This document shows, in pieces, positions 59,463-64,000 of a DNA stretch of 64,000 nucleotides. The notes below the pieces were generated by a model. The model was not told the DNA's origin and did not search any database. It worked only from the letters and a program-made list of their open reading frames with translations. Where the stretch lies: assembly GCA_963773295.1 (NCBI GenBank), contig CAVZAJ010000020.1, positions 1,480-65,479 of the forward strand. Direction: 5' to 3'. A program made the translations under genes and the position numbers. Each line of letters opens with the position of its first letter. Position 1 is the stretch's first letter. The DNA is from an uncultured Alphaproteobacteria bacterium (lineage in GTDB: Bacteria > Pseudomonadota > Alphaproteobacteria > Rhizobiales > Aestuariivirgaceae).

Positions 59463-60316
59463 AGCTTGCCGGCGCCGTAACGCAGGCCTCGGGCGCCATT
59501 AACGAGGATGGCTGGGGATGCCTCGGCAGTGCCGATGATGTTTCCGCCGCCTGGGTCTTCGACGGCGTCACCGGCATAAACGCCAGTAATGTTTTCGACG
59601 GCCGAAGCGATGCGGCCTGGCTCGTTGCCAAAGCCCATGATCACGTGCGGACGCTTGCAAGCCTTGATCTTCCGCTGCCTGAAATTCTTGCCAGGCTCGT
59701 TGAGGCGTTGATAGCCGACTTTAATGACGCCCTGAAAGACCTTGAACTTGCTGCGGATTATGATCCTCCGGCGGCCTGCCTGATCTTGCTGAAACGCTAT
59801 GGCGGGGCATGGCGGGCGCTGCGCCTGGGTGATTCCTGCCTGCTGGCGCGCGGCAGCGACGGCGCGCCGGTCAGCGCTGCGGCCTCGCCCAACAACGCCT
59901 TTGACCACTGGTTGTCGGCGGAAGCGCTGAAGCGCCGCGATGCGGGCATGCTCGATATCAAAGAGCTCCTCGCCGAATTCAGGCCCGCGCTGCTGGCAGG
60001 CCGCAAAATGCGCAACAGGCCCGGCGGCTACAGCATTCTGGAGGCAAGCCCGGCAGCCTTGGAGTTTGCCGAATATTTCGAACTTGGCACGCCCCGGGAA
60101 ATTCTGCTTTGCACGGACGGCTACTACCGGGCTGTCGATTACTATGCCCTGCATTCTGAAGAGGGCCTGCTGGCGGCATCGCTGGCCCCCGGCGGCGTGG
60201 ATAGCGTATTGGACAGCATCCGCGCCGTGGAAGCTTCCGACCCGGCTTGCCTGAAATATTTGCGGTTCAAGCCCGCCGACGACGCGACCGCCGTCGCCTT
60301 GCGCGCACCTGCCTGA
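59459..60316 (+). CDS. PP2C-like (PPM) phosphatase-domain protein
   Basis: NED, VFDGVT, LGDS, LLCTDG and DDAT motifs; TTG start overlaps the upstream stop. Confidence 0.75.
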   Translation: MKLAGAVTQASGAINEDGWGCLGSADDVSAAWVFDGVTGINASNVFDGRSDAAWLVAKAHDHVRTLASLDLPLPEILARLVEALIADFNDALKDLELAADYDPPAACLILLKRYGGAWRALRLGDSCLLARGSDGAPVSAAASPNNAFDHWLSAEALKRRDAGMLDIKELLAEFRPALLAGRKMRNRPGGYSILEASPAALEFAEYFELGTPREILLCTDGYYRAVDYYALHSEEGLLAASLAPGGVDSVLDSIRAVEASDPACLKYLRFKPADDATAVALRAPA

Positions 60317-60328
60317 GCTGCTTTCTGG

Positions 60329-61456
60329 TCATGCAATATCCACCCAGGCCCGTGCCGATGAGGACCGCGCAAAGCCGTGAATGACTTTTTCGATGCGGAG
60401 CCCCCGGGCGAAGTCAATCTGGTTCGCGGGCGCGCCCTGGATAGCCTGCAGGATTTCCGCCAGCTCGATGACTTTCAGCTCATTGAATCCCAGGCCATGT
60501 CCTGGCGCCGGGCAGAACTTGCCATAGGCCGGGTGGGCGGGCGACGACAGGATGCGGCGGAAGCCGCGGGCGGCGGCAGGTCCTTCCGCCACATAGAGGT
60601 TCAGTTCGTTCATACGTTCATTGTCGAGCCACAGCATGCCCTTCGAGCCGTGCACTTCGATTCTAAGCCCATTCTTGCGGCCGTGGGCAATGCGGCTTGA
60701 ACTGAGGACGCCTCGTGCGCCGCTGCGAAAGCGCACCACCGCATGGGCGATGTCATCGTTTTCGACATTCGCCAGCTTGCCGGATTCTCCTGCCACAGGC
60801 CGTTTATCGTGAACCACGTCGGCCATGGCGCAGAGGCTGGCGATTTCCCCCATGAGCTCATGGGCCATTGAAACCAGATGGCAGGTCAAATCGCCCAGTG
60901 TTCCAAGCCCTGCGTCCTTGCGGGTCAGCCGCCATGACCACGGCAGCGCCGGATCGGCCATATAGTCTTCGTCAACGCTGCCGCGAAAATCAAACACTTC
61001 GCCGATGGCGCCTTCGCCAATAAGCTGCTTGGCATATTGCACCGCCGGATTGCGCAAATAGGCATAGCCAAGCGCGGTAACTTGCCCCTTGGCTTTCGTT
61101 GCGGCCGCCGTCATCGCTTCCGCGTCCACAAGGGTCAGCGCCATGGGCTTTTCACACCACACATGCTTGCCCGCTTCAAGGGCCGCGATTGTCATTTCGC
61201 GGTGCATGCCGTTTGGCGAGGTGATCGAGATGAGGTGAATGGCCGGGTCTGCGAGCAGGTCACGCCAGTTTGTTGTGGCCCGGGCAAATCCAAACTCCGA
61301 AGCCTTTAATCCGGCGTGCGCGGCATCCACATCGGAGAGCGCCACCCGGTCAATCTGCGGAACGTCGCCGAACACGGCCTTCACCGCCCCAAAGGCCATG
61401 GCGTGGCATTTGCCCATGAAGCCGGTGCCGACCAGGCCGATGCCGATGCGTTCCAT
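60329..61456 (-). CDS. Gfo/Idh/MocA oxidoreductase (inositol dehydrogenase-like)
   Basis: GTGFMGKCHA, CEKPMA, GDLTCH and PAPGHGLGFNELK motifs. Confidence 0.88.
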   Translation of the reverse strand: MERIGIGLVGTGFMGKCHAMAFGAVKAVFGDVPQIDRVALSDVDAAHAGLKASEFGFARATTNWRDLLADPAIHLISITSPNGMHREMTIAALEAGKHVWCEKPMALTLVDAEAMTAAATKAKGQVTALGYAYLRNPAVQYAKQLIGEGAIGEVFDFRGSVDEDYMADPALPWSWRLTRKDAGLGTLGDLTCHLVSMAHELMGEIASLCAMADVVHDKRPVAGESGKLANVENDDIAHAVVRFRSGARGVLSSSRIAHGRKNGLRIEVHGSKGMLWLDNERMNELNLYVAEGPAAARGFRRILSSPAHPAYGKFCPAPGHGLGFNELKVIELAEILQAIQGAPANQIDFARGLRIEKVIHGFARSSSARAWVDIA

Positions 61457-62250
61457 TACTGGCGTTTCCCGTTGCTGAGTTTGATGATTTCCTGTTCGAG
61501 ATCGACCAGTTCCTTGCCGCCCGCCATCAGGTTGAGAAGCTGGTCGCGGCTGATCTCGTTCTTCTGGTAGGTGCCGGCGCTCTTGCCGCGCTTGAGCAGC
61601 GTAAAGCGGTCGCCCACCACATAGGCATGGTGCACATTGTGCGAAATGAAAATGACGCCAATGCCCCGCGCCTTGGACTGCACGATTAGCTTCAGCACGA
61701 CGGAAGCCTGGTGGACGCCCAGCGCCGACGTCGGCTCATCGAGGATCAAAACCTTTGCGCCGAAATGGATGGCCCGCGCGATGGCCAGGCACTGCCGCTC
61801 GCCGCCCGAAAGGGTTCCCACCGGCTGCTCGGGATTGCGCAGCTGAATGCCCATGTCCGAGAGCTGCTGATAGGCCGTGCGGTTGGCATAGTCGACATCG
61901 AACTGGTTCAGGAACCAGGTTTTCTTCAAAGGTTCGCGGCCCAGAAAGAAATTCCGCGCCACGCTCATCAGCGGCACCAGCGCCAAATCCTGATAAACCG
62001 TGGCAATCCCCTTGTCGAGCGTGTCCTTCGGCGAATTAAATCTTGTCAGTGCGCCACCCACCAAAATCTCGCCCTCATCGGGGCTGTGAACCCCGGAAAG
62101 GACCTTGATGAGGGTCGACTTGCCAGCGCCATTGTCGCCGAGAAGGCAATGGACTTCGCCGGGGCGCACATCGAAGGACACGTCCTTCAGCGCGATGACC
62201 GAACCGAAATACTTGCTGACCGATTTGAGCTCAACGAGGGGCGTATCCAT
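61456..62250 (-). CDS. Sugar (inositol-type) ABC ATP-binding protein
   Basis: [22 protein letters not shown] and DEPTSALG motifs. Confidence 0.93.
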   Translation of the reverse strand: MDTPLVELKSVSKYFGSVIALKDVSFDVRPGEVHCLLGDNGAGKSTLIKVLSGVHSPDEGEILVGGALTRFNSPKDTLDKGIATVYQDLALVPLMSVARNFFLGREPLKKTWFLNQFDVDYANRTAYQQLSDMGIQLRNPEQPVGTLSGGERQCLAIARAIHFGAKVLILDEPTSALGVHQASVVLKLIVQSKARGIGVIFISHNVHHAYVVGDRFTLLKRGKSAGTYQKNEISRDQLLNLMAGGKELVDLEQEIIKLSNGKRQ

Positions 62251-63347
62251 CACCGGCTCCGCATGGCGCGGGCGCGCACATAGCTGTTGAACAGCACCGC
62301 GATCACCATCATGGCGCCCATGAAAAGCTTGAACCAGTCCGTGTCAATGCCGGTGTAGAAAATACCCATCTGCACCACGCCAAAAATAAGCGCCCCGAAC
62401 ATGGCCCCGATGGCCGAGCCATAGCCGCCGGTGAGCAGGGTGCCGCCGATGACCACCGCGATGATCGCCTCGAATTCCTTCAAATTGCCGCGCAGCGTAT
62501 CGGCGGAGCCGGTCACCAGAACCTGGATGGTCGCAAAGAGGGCGGCGGCAAGCGCTGTCATGATGAACAGCGTGATCTTGGTGCGGGCCACCGGAACCCC
62601 CATGTTGCGCGCCGCATTGGCTTCCCCGCCCGAGGCAAATATCCAGTTGCCGAACCGGGTGCGCATCAGCAGCCAGGTGAAGAACAGCGTCAACCCGATC
62701 CACCAGACAATCGACACCGGAATGCCGCTGATTGCCGGCAAGCCATCGGCGCGCTTGCCGATCACTCCAAGCTCCGCCAGCCAGCCAATGGGCGTCTTGA
62801 AGACTTGCCCGGCAAAGAAGGGGGTAATCCAGTCCCCGGCGGAATATTCATGCAGGCCCGAGGCCTGGGTGCGTCCCGTAATCCCGCGCGTCACCCCAAG
62901 GGTGAGGCCGCGCAGCATGAACAGGCTGCCCAGCGTCACGATGAAGGAGGGAAGCCCCGTGTGCACGACAATAAGGCCGTTCAGGTAACCCACGAAAGCG
63001 CAGCTGGCGAAGGCCAGCAACACCGAAGCCCATACGGGCCAGTCCCACATGATGGGCGGAATGGCGATGATGATACCGGCAAATCCAATCATCGAACCGA
63101 TGGAGAGATCGAATTCACCCGCGATCATCAGCAGGGCAACGGCTGCCGCCAGAATGCCGAGCTGGGCCGAGACTTCCAGGAAATTGACGATGCCTTTGGC
63201 GCTGAACAGGCCGCTGTCGCCCGCCGTGATCCCGAAGAACACGAAAATGAGAACCGTCCCGGCAATCGCCCCAAGCTCGGGCCGGCTGAGCAAGCGGCCA
63301 AGCAACGGCACAGCGCGGACCCGTTCGTCCTTCACCTCAAGGCTCAT
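62250..63347 (-). CDS. Sugar (inositol-type) ABC permease
   Basis: [16 protein letters not shown] and [12 protein letters not shown] motifs. Confidence 0.92.
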   Translation of the reverse strand: MSLEVKDERVRAVPLLGRLLSRPELGAIAGTVLIFVFFGITAGDSGLFSAKGIVNFLEVSAQLGILAAAVALLMIAGEFDLSIGSMIGFAGIIIAIPPIMWDWPVWASVLLAFASCAFVGYLNGLIVVHTGLPSFIVTLGSLFMLRGLTLGVTRGITGRTQASGLHEYSAGDWITPFFAGQVFKTPIGWLAELGVIGKRADGLPAISGIPVSIVWWIGLTLFFTWLLMRTRFGNWIFASGGEANAARNMGVPVARTKITLFIMTALAAALFATIQVLVTGSADTLRGNLKEFEAIIAVVIGGTLLTGGYGSAIGAMFGALIFGVVQMGIFYTGIDTDWFKLFMGAMMVIAVLFNSYVRARAMRSR

Positions 63348-63407
63348 GTTGTCCTCCGAGCAAACATTGCCATGGCGGCCGGCCCAAGGCCAGCCGCCAT
63401 GAAACGG

Positions 63408-64000
63408 TCAGCGTTTGCCCTGTTTGGCCAGATCGATGACCGAGGCAGCCGTGTCCTTGGTCACAAAGCCCGGCCCCGTGGGATAGTCGGCGATCGGCGC
63501 GATCTTGTACTTCTTCCACAGGTCGAACATGACGACCGGGATGTAGCCCATCGCATATTGCTGGGCGTCGATGCCCCACTCCATTTTGCCGTCGGCGGTC
63601 GCCTGCAGGATGGTTGGTGAAAGGTCGAAGGTGCCGATCTTCACTTTGCCGGTGAGGCCAAGCTCTTCAAGGGCAACCAGGCCCGGCTCAGCCCCGCCGA
63701 TGCCGACAGTCAAAACGAACTGCGTATCCGGGTTCGTCTTGAGATAGGCGATAAGGCGGTTCTTCATCTCCGTCGGGTCCATCACCCCGTTGAGAACCGG
63801 CACGTCGACGCCCAGTCCCTTGGCGAAGCCGGCACAGCGGTCATCAAGGCTGACGTTGCCGACTTCGTGGTTGGCGCATACGGCCTTGGTGACATTGAGC
63901 TTCTTGATGCGCTCGCCGGCCATCACGCCGGCCTCGTATTCGCTCTGCCCGAGATAGAGCAGGCCGCCAAGCTCCTTGGTGAGCTTGCCGCCGCCGGAAT
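63408..64000 (-). CDS. Sugar ABC substrate-binding protein (5' end beyond the window)
   Basis: GQSEYEAG, NHEVGN, TFDLS, IDAQQY and TGPGFVT motifs; frame stays open to the window edge. Confidence 0.85.
   Translation of the reverse strand, partial: SGGGKLTKELGGLLYLGQSEYEAGVMAGERIKKLNVTKAVCANHEVGNVSLDDRCAGFAKGLGVDVPVLNGVMDPTEMKNRLIAYLKTNPDTQFVLTVGIGGAEPGLVALEELGLTGKVKIGTFDLSPTILQATADGKMEWGIDAQQYAMGYIPVVMFDLWKKYKIAPIADYPTGPGFVTKDTAASVIDLAKQGKR

Overview
High-GC alphaproteobacterial chromosome segment, Hyphomicrobiales/Rhizobiales-like by gene order (inference). (1) 1-28.6 kb is mostly core housekeeping: tsaC, HDAC-family, xseB, tlyA, aroC, fabI, pdxH, gabT, pit, bioY and divergent tRNA-Pro(CGG)/tRNA-Gln(TTG). 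It is interrupted by a ~370-nt highly structured non-coding element with its own promoter (tlyA-aroC gap), a SARP/BTAD-TPR regulator plus DUF4242 module with phased operator repeats and a duplicated leader, and a BrnT-type toxin-antitoxin pair. (2) ~28.6-43.3 kb is a visibly lower-GC mosaic island starting at the tRNA-Gln 3' end. It holds an FMO, a NitT/TauT ABC system with two Gfo/Idh/MocA genes, a cutC remnant, an ATPase-less Pot-type ABC system, an HPP gene and an OYE. It ends at a frameshifted hypothetical-gene remnant whose 35-bp promoter is 31/35 identical to that of the non-coding element 38 kb away. (3) 43.6-64 kb holds sugar catabolism: a YtfQRT-like ABC system, an amino-sugar ABC/murQ/nag locus with NagQ-type operators, and an inositol-type ABC system. 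No CRISPR array, integrase, transposase or rRNA was seen. Family calls come from motif recognition by eye; no database searches were run.
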